Below, piece by piece: positions 35,818 to 48,808 of a stretch of 64,000 nt of DNA. The DNA comes from Scenedesmus sp. PABB004 (Eukaryota), in contig JABVCE010000008.1 in assembly GCA_014905635.1 (NCBI GenBank), positions 868,001 through 932,000 on the forward strand, written 5' to 3'. A program made the translations under genes and the position numbers. Numbering within the stretch: the stretch's first letter is position 1; each line of letters starts with the position of its first letter. Under the pieces are notes generated by a model, which searched no databases, had not been told where the DNA came from, and worked only from the letters and a program-made list of their open reading frames with translations.

Positions 35818-37831
35818 ATGGCTTCACGCATACCGAGCATGGCGCAGCAGCAGCGCGGGGCCCTCGGGCCGCGCGCGCCGGCAGGCATGTCGGCCGGCAC
35901 GCGCTGCGGCGCGCTGAGCCGCGTGCGGGTCGCGGCGTCTGCCGCACCGATGAGGTCCAGTGCACCCTGGTCCGCCGGCGTGCTCGCCTGGAGCAGCGCC
36001 GCCGCGCATGTGCCGGCGCGGGCGGCGCCGCGCCGGCAGCAGCGGCCGAGCCGTGCGGTCGCGGCGGGCGCCGCGGCGGAGCGGCTCAACGCCGACGCCG
36101 AGCCCGTGGCCAGCTCGGCGGGCCCCAAGCTGTCGGACCTGCCGATCCAGGCGATCGTCAACCAGCAGGCGCGCGGGCGGCCCGGCGCCGCCGCCGCGCG
36201 CGGGGCTCCGCCGCCGCCCGCGGCGCGCCCACGCCGCCACCGCCGCCGCCTCGCCGCCCGCAGGGCTACGTCGCGCCGGCGCTCGCGCCCGGGGGCCAGG
36301 CGTGGGTGTTTGCTGTGTACGACGAGGCCCAGAAGCTCCAGTTCATCGGCTTCAGCAAGGACCTCACCACCAGCCTGCGCACCGTGCTGGGGCGCCGCCC
36401 CGACAAAGCCTGGTTCTACAAGTGAGCCCTGCCGCTGACACCCAGCCGCCAGCACCAGCAGCAGCAGCGGCAGCAGCAGCAGCAGGGCGGAGGCGGGGCC
36501 GGGTGGCAGCTCGCGCCCGCCCGCGCCGCCGGCCCACGCGCGCCCCGCCGCGCCCCGCCGCGCCGCGCAGGGCGGCGCAGCTCGACAGCGTGGACCAGGA
36601 GGCGATGCTGGCGCTGCGGCAGGCGTGGTTTGACGAGTGCGGCGCGCCGCCGCCGGGCAACAAGCTGGCGCTGGAGCGCAAGGCCTGGCAGGTGGGGCGG
36701 CGCCACGCGCGCGGGCCGGGGCCCGCCCGCACCGGCGGGCCGCGCCGCCGCGCCGCGCCGCGTGCGCGTGAGCGCGGCGCCGCCGCCCGCCCGCCCGCGC
36801 GCAGTCGGCGGTCGACGCGGGCGCCATCAGCGCGCGCGCCAAGCCCGCCGCCGGCGCGGAGAAGGCGCGGGAGCTGCAGGCCGCGCTGCGCGCGCGCGGC
36901 TGCGTCGAGGAGTTTGTGCCAAACCCCGAGCTGCTCGCGGACGGCCAGGTGCGGCGCGGCGCCACCGCCGCGCACGGCCAGGGCGCCCGCCGCGCGGCGC
37001 GCGCGGCGCGCGGCGCGCGCGCCCTCCCCTCTGCGGGCCGAGCTCACGGCCACCCCCTGCTCCTCCTCCCGTTCCCCGATCCCCCTTCCGCCCCCCTCCG
37101 CCCGCGACAGGTCGACTTCCTGCCGCCGACCGGCGGCGGCGAGGCGGCCGCGGCGGCGGGCGCGGCGGCTGCGGCGGCAGCCGCCGAGTCGGGCGCGGCG
37201 CGGCCGGTGCGGTCGGCGTCGGCAGTCGTGGACGGGCAGGCCAAGACGTTTGACGTCGAGTACTGCACCAAGTTCCAGACCAAGGGCGGCTACCTGTTTG
37301 ACGTCAAGCTCAGCTTCGACCACATGGATACCAAGCACAGGCACGCGCCGCGCCCGACCGCAGCTCTTCGAGACGTGCGCGCCGCCGCGGGGCGCGCCCG
37401 CACGCGCCGCCCGCCTGACGCACCCGCCGCCGCCGCCGTGCCCCGCGCGCCGCCTTTGCAGGGTCATCGTGGGGCGGCAGTACTACGAGCCGTACGGCCT
37501 GCCGCCCGAGGCGCCTGTCGAGGCGGCGCTGTCGCTGCTGCTGGGGCTGAAGCTGCCGCGGCACAGCGAGGGCATGCTGGGCAGCGCGGAGTTCCCGGTC
37601 AACTATTTCACGATCAGCGAGGCGGAGCAGTGGTTCGAGGACGACTTTGCCGCCGCGTTCCTGCACGTCACCGGCGCGACGCTCGTGGACGGCACGGGCG
37701 AGCTGTGGCGAATGAACAAGGTCAACGTGTATGGCGGCCGGCTCGAATTTGAGGCCGCCGCCTCGATGGAGGACCCCGCGGCGCTCGGCGCGGCGCTCGT
37801 GGGCCGCGGCCTCGGCGCGATCGGCGGCTGA
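35818..37831 (+). CDS. Putative plastid protein with an N-terminal GIY-YIG-like domain (AtGRXS16-N type) and an unrecognised C-terminal domain
   Basis: Transit-like start; AWVFAVYDEAQKLQFIGFSKDLTTSLRTVLGRRPDKAWFYK; ALRQAWFDECGAPPPGN; C-terminus FDVKLSFDHMDTKHRVIVGRQYY..FPVNYFTISE. Confidence 0.65.
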
Positions 37832-38079
37832 TCGCGGGGGGAGGGGGCCGGGCGAGGCGCGGCGGGCGGGGCTGCACGCGTGGGTAGGGGGAGGGGGCCG
37901 GGCTAGGGCTGACGTGCGGCGGGCGGGGCTGCACGCGTGCGGGCGCGGAGGGCCGGCGCATGCCGGCGGGGGCGAGGCTCGGCCTCGCCGCGTAACAACT
38001 TGACCAGCGACCACGCGCAGCCCCGACCGCCGACGCCCCCCATTCATTGGCGCAACCGCCTGGCCCCGCCCGTGCGCGC

Positions 38080-40019
38080 TCAGCCCGCCGAGCCCGCGTG
38101 AGCCTGCGCCAGGCGATACTGCAGCCGCAGCTCCGGCCCGGCGCCCCACCAGCCGGCGTACAGCTGCCCCAGCGTGACGCCGTCCGCCAGCGCCCCGGCC
38201 GGCGCGCTGGGCGGCGCCGCGGCGCCGCTGGGCGGCGCCGCGAGCTGCAGCTGCACGTCCGGCGCCTGCGGCCCGCCGCACACGCCCTGCTGGCGCAGCT
38301 GCTGCAGCAGGAGCTGCTTGACGCTGCCCACGGTCAGCTCCATCGGGCACGTGAGGAAGGGCTGGTCCACCGCCGGCTGCGCGTCCTGCGCGCCCTGCGC
38401 GTCCTGCGTGTCCTGCGCGCCCTGCACGTCCGGCGCGTGCTGCTGCTCGCCCTGCTGCTCGCCGCCCGCCGCCGGCAGCAGGTGCACGAGGCACGCTGCC
38501 GGCCGCGGGCCCGCCGCCGCCGCGGCGCGCGCCGCGATGCCCAGCAGCCGCGCCGCCATCTCCTTGGCGAGCAGCTTGCGCTTCTTCTTGGACCCCGCCG
38601 GCGCGGCCGGGCTGCCGACGCCGCCCGCGCCGCCCGCGCCGGCCGCGCCGCTGGGCTGCAGCTGCAGCGGCGGCGGCGCCGCGCTCGCGTAGTGCGGCGG
38701 CGGCGGCGCCGGCGCGCCCGGCGGCGCGAGCCCGTGCGGCCGAGCCGGGCCGCGCTTGGCGCCGACGTCGGAGCGGTAGAAGCTGTCGTCCATGCCGCCC
38801 GACGGCCACGCGCCGCCGTCGCCCCAGCCGCGCTTGCTGCCGGTGAGCGGCTCGCCGCCGCCGCCCGCGCCGCTGTGCGCGCTGCGCAGGCGCTCCGAGG
38901 GCGCGCGCCGCGCGTCGGCCGCGCGCGGCGCGTCCCAGTCGGGCTCGCCGCTCTCCGCGCGCGCCGCCGCGACCGCGGCCGCCTGGCGGGCCTTCATGTG
39001 AGCCAGCTGCGCCTGCCACGCCGCGACGTGGGCCCGGTTGTCGCGGGCAATGAGCGCCTCCTCCTGCGCGCCCAGCGGCGAGCGCCCGGCGGCGGCGCGG
39101 CGGGTTGCGGCGGCCAGCCGCAGCGGCCGCACGCAGGGCGCGGCCGCGCCGCGCGCGTGCAGGACGCGCGCGTTTGCGCGGCGCGGCCCCGCCCCGCCGC
39201 GGCGGCGGCGGCGGGCGCGCCTCTGCGTCGTAGGCGTCCACGTCGCCGTAGAGGGCCTTGATGATCTTGTCAAACGCGTGGTCCTGCAAGCAGACGCGGC
39301 GCCAGCAGCAGCAGGGCGGGCGGGCGCCGGGCCGCGGGCCGAGGCGTGGTGTGGCGGGCGCGGTGCGCGTGCGGCGGGGCGGCCGCGCTGCTGCGCGCTG
39401 CGCGCGGCGGCCGGCCGCACCGGCTTTGTGGCGCGCCGGCTGTGCAGGTGCGCGCGGCACACGGGGCACTCCTTGTCGTCGCCGTGCCTGCCGCGCGCGG
39501 GCGTGCCGGGGGCGGCAGCGCGGCGCGCGGCCGGGCGTCGGCTGCGCGCGCGCGCGCGCGCGGCGCGCGCGTGCGCGCCGGGCATGCGGGCGCGGCGCGC
39601 GGCGGCGCGGCGCTCACCGGCCGGGGACCTTGGCGCGGAGGTACTGCTCGATGCACTTTGCGCAGTAGCGGTGGAGGCAGACCATCGAGATGCGGGCCTC
39701 GCGGATGTAGCCGAAGCACATCGGGCAGCGCGTCTCCTCCTTAAGCTTGGCCAGCTGCACCTGCACCATGCTGCGCCGCCGCCGGCGGCGGCGGCCGGGT
39801 GCGCGTGGGCGAGCGCTCGCACGGCCGCTGCCGCGGTCGCACCCCCGGCGGCGGGCGCGGCGGGCACCTGCGGGGCGCGGTGTACTTGTCGATGGCATCG
39901 GCGAAGACCTTGGAGAGGCGCTCCACCTCCTCGTGGAGGTCCGGGCTCTCCTCGCGCTCGGGCGGAGCCCGCGCCGGCGTTGTGGTGCGGCCGCCGGTGC
40001 GCTGCGCCGCCGCCGCCAT
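38080..40019 (-). CDS. RING1-like (PRC1) E3 ubiquitin ligase with a RAWUL-like C-terminus
   Basis: LKEETRCPMCFGYIREARISMVCLHRYCAKCIEQYLR..KECPVCRAHLHSRR..DHAFDKIIKALYGDVDAYDAEEE; C-terminus PFLTCPMELTVGSVKQLL..TLGQLY..LRLQY. Confidence 0.8.
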
Positions 40020-40507
40020 CGCGGCGGACCCTGCCTCGCGAGGGGCGGCCTCCGGTCGGCCCCGGCAGCGCGTGTGCGGGCGATCCGCTCGCGGCGCCGC
40101 GCGGGGCGGGGGTCGTGCCGACGGCGCGCTGGCGCGGCGGCGGGGGCGAGCCGCGGGCCTGTGCACGGTGAGGGGCGGCGAGAAGGTTCGAAGGCGCGTG
40201 CCTGTGCGGGGCCCCGCGGCCAGCGGCGCGCGACGGGCGGCGGCCGGCAGCGGCGCGGCGCGGCGCAGAGCCGCCGCGAACGAACGCGCGTGCCGCCGCG
40301 CGACGGCGAGCGCGTGCGCATCCCCGCGGTTACCTCGAACACGCGCGCATCGACATCCCCGCGGGAGAGCCCCACGCCCGCGCCTGCTGCTGGGCCGCCG
40401 CCCGCGCGCCGGCGAGCCACCCGAACTCGCGGCGCGCGCACAAATGGATGGTCCCAGCGCGCCCCAGGGATCGCAAAACGAGGGCGCCGCGCCCTCACCA
40501 CGCGCGC

Positions 40508-43500
40508 TCACGACGCCGCCGGCGGCGGCGCGAGGGGCCGGCCGCGGCCGACGCCAAAGCCGCGGCTGCCGTCGGGCATGCGCGCGATGTGCGTGTCGCC
40601 GTGCTGCGCGGCGGCCGCCGCGCCGCCGCCGCCGCCGCCGGCGCTCGCGCGCAGCGGGCTCAGGCCCGCCGCCGCGGCGCGGCCGGGGCTCGTGCCGGGC
40701 GCGCCCGCGCCGCCGCCGCTGCCGCCGCCGGCCGCGTTGGCCGCGGCCGCCGCGGCCCGGAACTCTGGCGTCGCAGCGGCCCAGCTGGCGTAGTCGCGCT
40801 TTTCCTTTTTCTTGGGGATGTCGCGCGCGCCCTCGTGCCCCGCCGCGGACGCCGCCGCGGCGGACGCGGCCGCGGCGACGTGGCTCGCCGGCGCGGGGCT
40901 GCCGTGGTGGTGGCCGCCGCTGTGCGGGCGGCCATGGCCGCCGCGCTCAGGCTCCGGCGACAGCGCGCCCGCGCGGCTGCTGGGCCGGCTGCGGCCGCCG
41001 TGGCCCTCGTCGAGGCTGAGCCGCCGCGCCGCGCCGGCGGCGCCCTCGTCCAGGCTCGTGCGCCGGCTGCCCGTGCCGCTGCGCCGGCGGCGCGAGCGCT
41101 GCTCCCAGCCGCCCTCGTCGTCGCCCTCCTGCGCGTGCTCCGCGTCGCCGCCGCCGGTCGCGCTGCTGCGGCGGCGCGCGGGCGCGGGCGCGGCGGTGGC
41201 CGCCGCTGCGGCCGCGCGCGCCGCGACGACGCTGTCCAGCTCGCAGCTGGCCTCGCGGATGGCCTCGATCGTCGACCGATAGTCGCCCTGCTGTCCCAGC
41301 CGGCTGCGCCGCGCGCCGCCGGCCGCCCTGCTGCTGCCGTCGTCGCTGGTGCTGGCGCACTCGTGGTGCACCGCCAGGCCCGCGAGCGCCGCGGCGACGC
41401 TGTCCGCCGCGTCGTCGCTGTGCCACGAGCGGCGGCGCTGCCGCTCGTCGCCGCCGCTGCCGCTCGCGCGCGGCTTGGGCGGGCGGTGCACCCCGGCGCC
41501 GGGGAGCGAGCTGGGGCCGCCGCTCCAGCTCGAGCGCCAGCCGCCGTTGTCCTCGGCCTCGGAGCCGCTGCTGCGCAGCCCCCCCTGCTCGTGCGCCGCG
41601 GCCTGCATGTGCAGCGCGCGCGACGCGGGCACCCACGGCGCGGGCTTGGGGCTGCTGCTCAGCTCCGGGCTCGCCGCGGCGCCGCGCCGCGCGACGGGGC
41701 TGCACGCGTCGAGCGCCGCCACGACCGCGTCGCCGGCGCTGAGGCCCGCGAGCGGCGTGGTGGGCGCGCTGACGGACGCGCCCGCCGGCCCCGCCGCGCC
41801 GCTGCTGCTGCGCCAGTGGCTCGCGCCGCTGCCCGCCGCCGCGCGCGGGCTGCCCGCCATCGCCGCCTGCGCGGCGGCGGCCGCCGCCGCCGCCAGCTGC
41901 GCCGCCAGCGCGCCCTGCGTGGGCGCCAGCCCCGCGCCGCTGCTGCCGGCGCTGCCGCCCGTGGCGGCCGACAGCCGCGTCGGCGTGCCGGGCACGCCGG
42001 CGGCGCCGCCCGTCAGCGAGCTCCGCACGCCGCCGCCGCCCGTCGCCGAGTGGCGCGGCGAGCTCGACTGCGGCGGCGAGCACACGCCCGCCAGCGCCGC
42101 CGCGACCGCCGCCGCGGGCGTGAGCGCGCCGCCGCCGCTGCTGCCGGCGCCGTCGGCGTGCGACCAGCGCGCCGCGCCCGCGCCGCTGCCGGCGCCGCCG
42201 CCGCCGCGGCCGTCGCGCGTGGGCGTGTTGGCCGTGGGCGCCGCGAGGATGCTGTCAATGAACGACGTGACCTCTGGCGGCGCTGGCGACTGCACGCTGC
42301 GCGGGCTGCCGATCGCGCCGCCCACGCCCGTGCCGCGCGCGGGGCTCGCCGGCGAGCCCGGCTGCCCCGGCGCGCCGCCGTTGGCCCGCGCGCTGCCCGG
42401 CTGGTGCGTGCGGATGGGCGCGAGGCGCACGGGCAGGCCGCTGGGGCCGGCCGCCGCCGCCGCGGCCGCCGCGCCGTGGTCGTGGTCGTGCGCGTGGCCG
42501 CCGTGGCCGTCGTGCGAGGCGCGCTGCGCGGCGCCGGCGTGCTTGCCGCCCGCGTCGCTGCCGCTGGCGCTGCCGCCCGCGCTGCCGTCCCTGTGGCCGT
42601 GCTCCTGCCCCGCCCGGCTGCTCGGCCGGCTGTGCTTGTCCTGCTTCGCCGGCTGGGTGGGCTTGAAGCCCGGCAGCAGGTGCCGCACGCGCAGGCTGGT
42701 GCGCCTGCGGTCGGGCGGGCGCCGCGGCGGCGGTCAGCGTCGTCGGCGGCCGCGGCGGGCTGCGCCGCGGCGGGCTGCGCCGCGGCGGGCTGCGCCGCGG
42801 CGGGCTGCGCCGCCGCGCCGCCCGGCGCCGCGCCGCACCAGTTGTCTGGGTTGCGCGTCTTGGCCACGCACGCGACGCAGTCGTCCTCGCTCCCGTACTC
42901 GGCGAGCGCAAACTCGCCGGGCGCCATGGTCTGCGCGATCGCCTCGACCGCCTTGGCGAGCCAGGCGGGCAGCTTGGAGGTGTTGCCGGGCGTGCAGATG
43001 CGCACCATCGCGACCGCCCCGTACGCCGCGAGCAGCGCAGTCACGCTCTCGATCGTGGGCTTGGGCGGCAGGTGCTCCACGACCACGGTGCGGCGCGCGA
43101 TGTCGGCGACGTCAAACGCGGGCAGCGCGCCGCGCCGCCGCACGCGCTCACCGGCGCGGTCGAGGTCGAGCGCCTCGCTGCCCGCGAGCGCGTCGGCGAC
43201 GAGGCCGAGCTCCCTGGTCAGCGCCTTGACGCGCTTGAAGCCCGCGAGCATGCGCAGCGGCACTGCGCATGATGCGGGGGGCAGCGCGCGCGCGGGCGCG
43301 TGAGCAGGCGGCGGCGCCGCGCGCCCGGCGCGGCGCGCGCGGCGCGGCTCGCCGCGCCGACCCGCGACGCACCCCAGCCCTCGGGGTCCTTCTGGATCTG
43401 CTTCAGCAGGTGCTTGTCGGTGGGCAGGTTGGCGTCGCTGAAGTAAAACTCGATCTGCCGCGGCACCGAGCGGGCGAGCAGGCGGGGCGGTCGGGCGGCG

Positions 43501-43765
43501 CGCTGCGTGCGGGCGGCGCTGGCGCCGCGCGCCCGCCGGCGCCCGCCGGCGCTCCCCGGCGCGTGCGGGCGCGCACCTGCTTCTGCACCGCGTCCATGAC
43601 CTCCTGCCGCGGGCGGCCGGGCTCGTCGCCGCCGCTGCTGCAGCTGCCGGCGCGGGCGTCGTCGGCGCTGCTGCCCGGCGCGGCGGCCGGCGCCGCCTCA
43701 TCGCGCGGCGAGCCCGGCTCGGCCGGCGCCGCGGTCCCTGCGGCAACCGGGGCCGCGTCCGCCAT
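40508..43765 (-). CDS. LARP6: La-related protein 6 (La motif, RRM, C-terminal LSA motif)
   Basis: QIEFYFSDANLPTDKHLLKQI..VPLRMLAGFKRVKALT; RTVVVEHLP..VAMVRIC..FALAEY; C-terminal ARMPDGSRGFGVGRGRP. Confidence 0.85.
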
Positions 43766-44176
43766 CGGGGGCGTGGGCTGGCGCCGGCCTGCGCCCGCGA
43801 AACGCAGGCAACGCAGGCGGCGCGGGCCGGCAGGGCGGGGGGTGGGTGGGGGGGGGGGGGGGGGGAGGGCGGGGGGAGGGAGGGCGGGGGTGGCGTGTGA
43901 CGAGCGCAGGGCGCGGCGCGGCGCGTGGGCACGCGGCGACCGCGCTGCGCGCATCGCAGACTCGCGCCCGCGCGGCTGCCTTTCTCTGCACGCCGCTGTG
44001 GCGCGCACGGCCGCCACAGCTCCGTCTCCGTTTGCCCCGTCACACGACAGCACCTGCAGCCCAGAGCACGCGCCCCTGCGGGCCTGAGCAGCAGCAGCAC
44101 CCGCGACCGGCAGCTCCCGGCGCCGCCGCCGCCCCGCATGCCGCGGCCGTGAGGGCCCGGCGGGACCGCCGCCAGG

Positions 44177-45536
44177 ATGAGCCTGTTCGGCCTGGGCCGG
44201 TGCGGCGCGGCGCGGCGCGCACGCGGCGGGCGCGGCGGCGCGCTGCTCGGCGCCGTCCGCAACCGCCGCGCCCGCGGCGCGGCGGGCGCAGGAACACGGC
44301 CAAGACCTTCCGGCCCAAGAAGAACACGCCCGTGGGAGCCAAGGTGCGGCGCGGCAGCCGGCGGGGGCGGCGCCACGGGCGGCTGGCGCGCGGCGCGCGG
44401 CAGCAGCGGCGCCCGCGCCGACGCGGCCGCCCGGCGCGCCCGCGCCCGCGCCCGTCCCTCCCCCTCCCTCCCCCAACCCCGCAGGGCCTGCAGCTCAAGC
44501 GGCACATCGATGCGACGCTGGGGCAGGGCAACCTGGTGGAGGCGGTGCGGCTGCCGCCGGGCGAGGACATTCAGGAGTGGCTCGCGGTCAACACGGTCGA
44601 CTTCTACAACGCCATCAGCGTCCTCTACTCCACGCTCGCAGAGTTCTGCACCGACCGAAACTGCGAGGTCATGTCGGCGGGCAGCAAGGTGCGGCGGCGC
44701 GCGCCGGCGGCGCGCGGAGGCACGGCGGCGCGCCTGCGGCCGCGCGGCCGAGCCCCGCGCACGTGCGGCGCCTGCGGCCGCGCGGCCGAGCCCCGCGCGC
44801 CCGCGGCCGTCGTGCTGTTGGCAGTACGAGTACCTCTGGGCGGACGGCGTGAAGTACAAGAAGCCGGTGCGGCTGTCGGCGCCCGAGTACGTGGACAAGC
44901 TCTTCGACTGGATCGAGGACCAGGCGCGCGCACGCACGCGGGGCGGGCGGGCGCGGGAGCGCAGCGCAGGCGGCGGCTGCTGCGCCAGGGCCGCGGCGCC
45001 GGCGCGCGGGGAGCGGAGTAGCGGCTGGGCCGGCCCGCCGCCGGCGGCGCCGGCGCGCGCCGCCCGAGCCTGCCGGCCACGCCGCCCGCGCCGGCGCCAC
45101 CCAGATCGACGACCCCTCCGTCTTCCCGGGGCAGTTTGGGGAGCCGTTCCCGCCCAACTTCATGGACGTGGTGCGCACGATCTTCAAGCGCCTCTTCCGC
45201 GTGTACGCGCACATCTACCACTCCCACTTCAAGCAGGTCTGCAGCCTCGGCGAGGAGGCGCACCTCAACACCTGCTTCAAGCACTTCATCTTCTTCGTGC
45301 GGGTGCGGCGCGGCGCGGCGGCGGCGCGCGGCGGGCCGCGCGGCTTGCTGCGGGCCGCGCAGCGGCGGCGGCCCCCTCTGCGCGCTCGCGCCGCGGCCGG
45401 CTGACGCCCGATGCGCGCCGGCGGCGGCGCCCCCCGCCGCTCGCAGCACTTTGACCTTGTGGAGGAGAAGGAGTTGGCCCCACTGGCAGAGCTGATTGAG
45501 CAGTTTTTGGCAGGCAAAATGAACAGCATTCGGTGA
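44177..45536 (+). CDS. MOB1: MOB kinase activator 1, multi-exon
   Basis: MSLFGLGR/NTAKTFRPKK, ATLGQGNLVEAVRLPPGEDIQEWLAVNTVDFYN, YEYLWADG, SAPEY, IFKRLFRVYAHIYHSHF, EEAHLNTCFKHF. Confidence 0.96.
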
Positions 45537-45982
45537 CCCCGGCCAGCGCCGCGCGCCGCGCGCCGGGCGGCGAGCAGCAGCAGCAGCTGGCGCCGCGCCG
45601 CGGCCATTGATTCCGGGCGGCGGCGCTGCTGAGGCTTTTGTGGCGTCCTGCGCGCCGCGCAGCCTGCTGCGCACCGCCCGATGTGACAGTATTTCGAACT
45701 TTGCCGCGCCGCGCTCGCGGCGCCCCCGCCCGCCCGCCGCCGCCCACGACGCGCCCGTAGTTCCGCCAGTGCGCCCACGGGCCGTCCGCGCCCGCCAGCG
45801 CCACGCACCGCCCCCTCGCCTCTCCATGCCTCCGGGCGGCCACCCGCCTGCCCAGCGCGCCTGAGTTCCGCCGACGCGACCCCCCGGAGCGGCTGAGCGC
45901 GCGCCCGCAGCGCGGCGGCGGGGCAGCACGCGCCGGGGCGGCAGCAGCAGCGGGCGCGCCACCGGCGCCGCCGCGCGCAGCC

Positions 45983-48773
45983 ATGTACATCAAGGAGGTC
46001 TCCATCGACGGCTTCAAGTCCTACGCGCAGCGCGTGTGCCTGTCCAACTTTGACCCCGGCTTCAACGCCATCACGGGGCTGAATGGCAGCGGCAAGTCCA
46101 ACATCCTCGACTCGCTCTGCTTCGTGATGGGCATCAAGAACCTCTCCGCGGTGCGCCCGCTAGGCGGCAGGGCGACGTCGGCGCCGACGGCGGCGCCGTG
46201 GGGGCCGTCCGGACAGCGGCGGCGGACGGCAGCGGGCGGCGGGCGGCAGCAGCGGCAGCGGCGTCGCGCGGGCGCCGACGCGGCCGCGCGCTTGCGCACG
46301 CGCGCGGCCGCACGCGCGCCCCGCAGGTGCGCGCCGCGAACCTGCAGGAGCTGGTGTACAAGCAGGGCAGCGCGGGCATCACCAAGGCGACCGTGAGCAT
46401 CGTGTTTGCCAACGACGACCCCGCCAACGGCCCGAGCGGCTACGAGGACAAGCAGACCATCACCGTCACGCGCCAGGCGCGCGCGCGCCACGGCGGCACA
46501 GCTGCGCCAGCTGCAGCGGCTGGCGGCGGCGGCGGTGGCCCGGCCGGGCGGCAGCGGAGGGGCGGCGCGGGCGCCTGACGCCGGGGCGTCGCCGCCGCGC
46601 CCCGCCGCCGCCGCGCGCGCAGATCGTGATCGGCGGCCGCGACAAGTACTCCATCAACGGCCACGCCGCGCAGCAGGGGTGCGCAGCAGCAGCCGCCGCG
46701 GGCGCCCGCGCCGGCAGCCGCCGCTGAGGGGGCCCGCGCCGGCAGCCGCTGAGCGCCCCGCCGCGCCCCGCCGCGCAGCCGCGTCGCGGACCTGTTCCAG
46801 TCGGTGCAGCTCAACGTGAACAACCCCCACTTCCTCATCATGCAGGGCCGCGTCACAAAGGCGCGCCGCGCCGCGCCGCGCGCTCGGCCGCGCTCCCCGC
46901 ACGCTCGGCCGCCCGCCGCGCGCGCGCGGCCACGTCTGCCGCTCACCCCGCGCGTGCTCTGCTGTGCTGCTGTGCTGCGGTCTGCGTGCTGTGTGGTCTG
47001 TGCGCCGCCTCGCCGCGGGGGTCGTTACGTAACTACTCAGATCATGAACATGAAGCCGCCCGAGATCCTGTCCCTGCTCGAGGAGGCGAGCGGGACGAAG
47101 CTGTACGAGCGCAAGAAGGACAGCGCGATGAAGACGCTCGCCAAGAAGCAGACCAAGCTCGACGAGATCGACGAGGTCCGCGCCCGCGCGCGTTGCCTTG
47201 GAGCTGAATAAACAACCTAACTAGCCGCCGGGGCAGCTGCGCGCCGCGCCGCGCGGGGGCGGGCGCGCCACCGGAGCATCGCCGCGCCGCCGACCCATCG
47301 CCGCCCCGCCGCCGCGCAGCTGATGAACACGGAGCTGCTGCCGAGCCTGCACAAGCTGGAGCGCCAGTGCGAGCAGTACCACGAGTTTGCGCAGACGAGC
47401 AGCCGCAACGAGCAGCTCAAGCGCCTCTGCGTGGCCAACGACTACATGACCACGCAGAAGTGAGCGGGGGCAGGCACAGCGCGGCGCTGCTTGTGGGGCA
47501 TGCATGGGCCCGCCCGCCCGCGCTGGCCGGCGGCACGCAGCGCCGGGCTCACGCCACGCCGCCGGCGCCGGCGCCGCCGCGGCGCAGGGCGATCGAGTCG
47601 GGCGAGGCCGAGCTCGCGGCGATGGCGGCGGAGGTCGCGGCGCTGGAGGCGCAGAAGGCGGAGCTCGAGGCCGAGGCGGCCGACAAGGCGGGCGACATCG
47701 CGGGCCTGCAGACGGAGAAGGAGATCCAGGCCGGCGGCGAGGTCAAGGAGCTGCAGGCTGCCGCCGACGAGCTGGCCATGCGGTGCGCGCGGCGCCGCGG
47801 GCGGGCCAGGGGGGGTGCGGGGAGCGCCGCGGGGCGCGCCTGCGCCGGCCGCCTGCTGCTGAACGCCCCGGCGCGCCTCCACCCCGGCTTGTTCATCAAC
47901 CGAAAAGGCTGACCAAGGACACGGCGAGCTGGAAGAACAAGCAGGACATGCTGGAGAGCGAGCAGTCGGGGCTGGCGGGCCTGCAGGCGCAGCTGGCGGA
48001 GCTCAACCAGGGCGAGCTGGACGCGCGCGTCGCGGCCGCGACCGCCGCGCGCGACGCGGCCGCCGCCGAGCTGCAGGCCGCGGAGCACGGCGTCGAGGCG
48101 GCGACGCGCGAGCTGGCGGGTGGGTGGCGCCGCGGCGCGGCGCGCGGCGCGGCGCGGCGCGGCGCGGCACGCGCGGGCGCCGCCGACGCCGCGCCGCCGC
48201 AGGCGCCGAGACGGGCGACGGGCGCGACGAGTCGAACAAAAGCCTGCAGGAGCGTGTGGCGGACGCGCAGAACGCGCAGACCGCGGCCGACGCGGAGGCC
48301 AAGGCCGCGGGCATCAAGGCCAAGCACCTCACCAAGCAGGCCGCCGAGCAGCGCAAGGCGCTCGCCAGCAAGGACAAGGAGGCCGGCGCGATGCGCGCGC
48401 AGCTCGACAAGGCCCAGGCGGCGGTCGACAAGTGCAACGCCGCGCTCAAGGTGGGGGGGGGGGCCTCGCGCGGCGCAGCGCAGGCCTCGCCGGCCCCGCG
48501 CCCGCATGACGTGCGCTCACGCCCACGCGCCGCCGCCGCCGCCGCCGCCCCGCGTGCCCGCCCCCGTCCGCGGCGGGTCAGGCGCTCAACTACGACGCCG
48601 CGGCCGCCGAGGCGTTCGAGGAGGCGCGGCGCGGCGGTGTCGCCGCGGTGCGCGCGGCCAAGGAGGCGGCGGAGGCGCTGTCGGCGCAGATGGGCGGCAT
48701 GGATTTCACCTACCGCGACCCCGAGCGCGGCTGGGACCGCAGCCGCGTCAAGGGGGTGCGCTGCGTCACGCCA

Positions 48774-48808
<35 letters not shown>

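Noticed and set aside
35818..37831. GIY-YIG gene as the mobilising endonuclease of the neighbouring repeat family
   Set aside because: It has a transit-peptide-like N-terminus, degenerate motifs and no RT; it looks like a host plastid gene.
40448..43303. Very long ORFs such as 40448-43303 (+), 42013-44937 (-) and 54674-57523 (+)
   Set aside because: Arg/Ala/Pro-rich shadow frames caused by stop-codon scarcity at very high GC; they lie antisense to real spliced genes.
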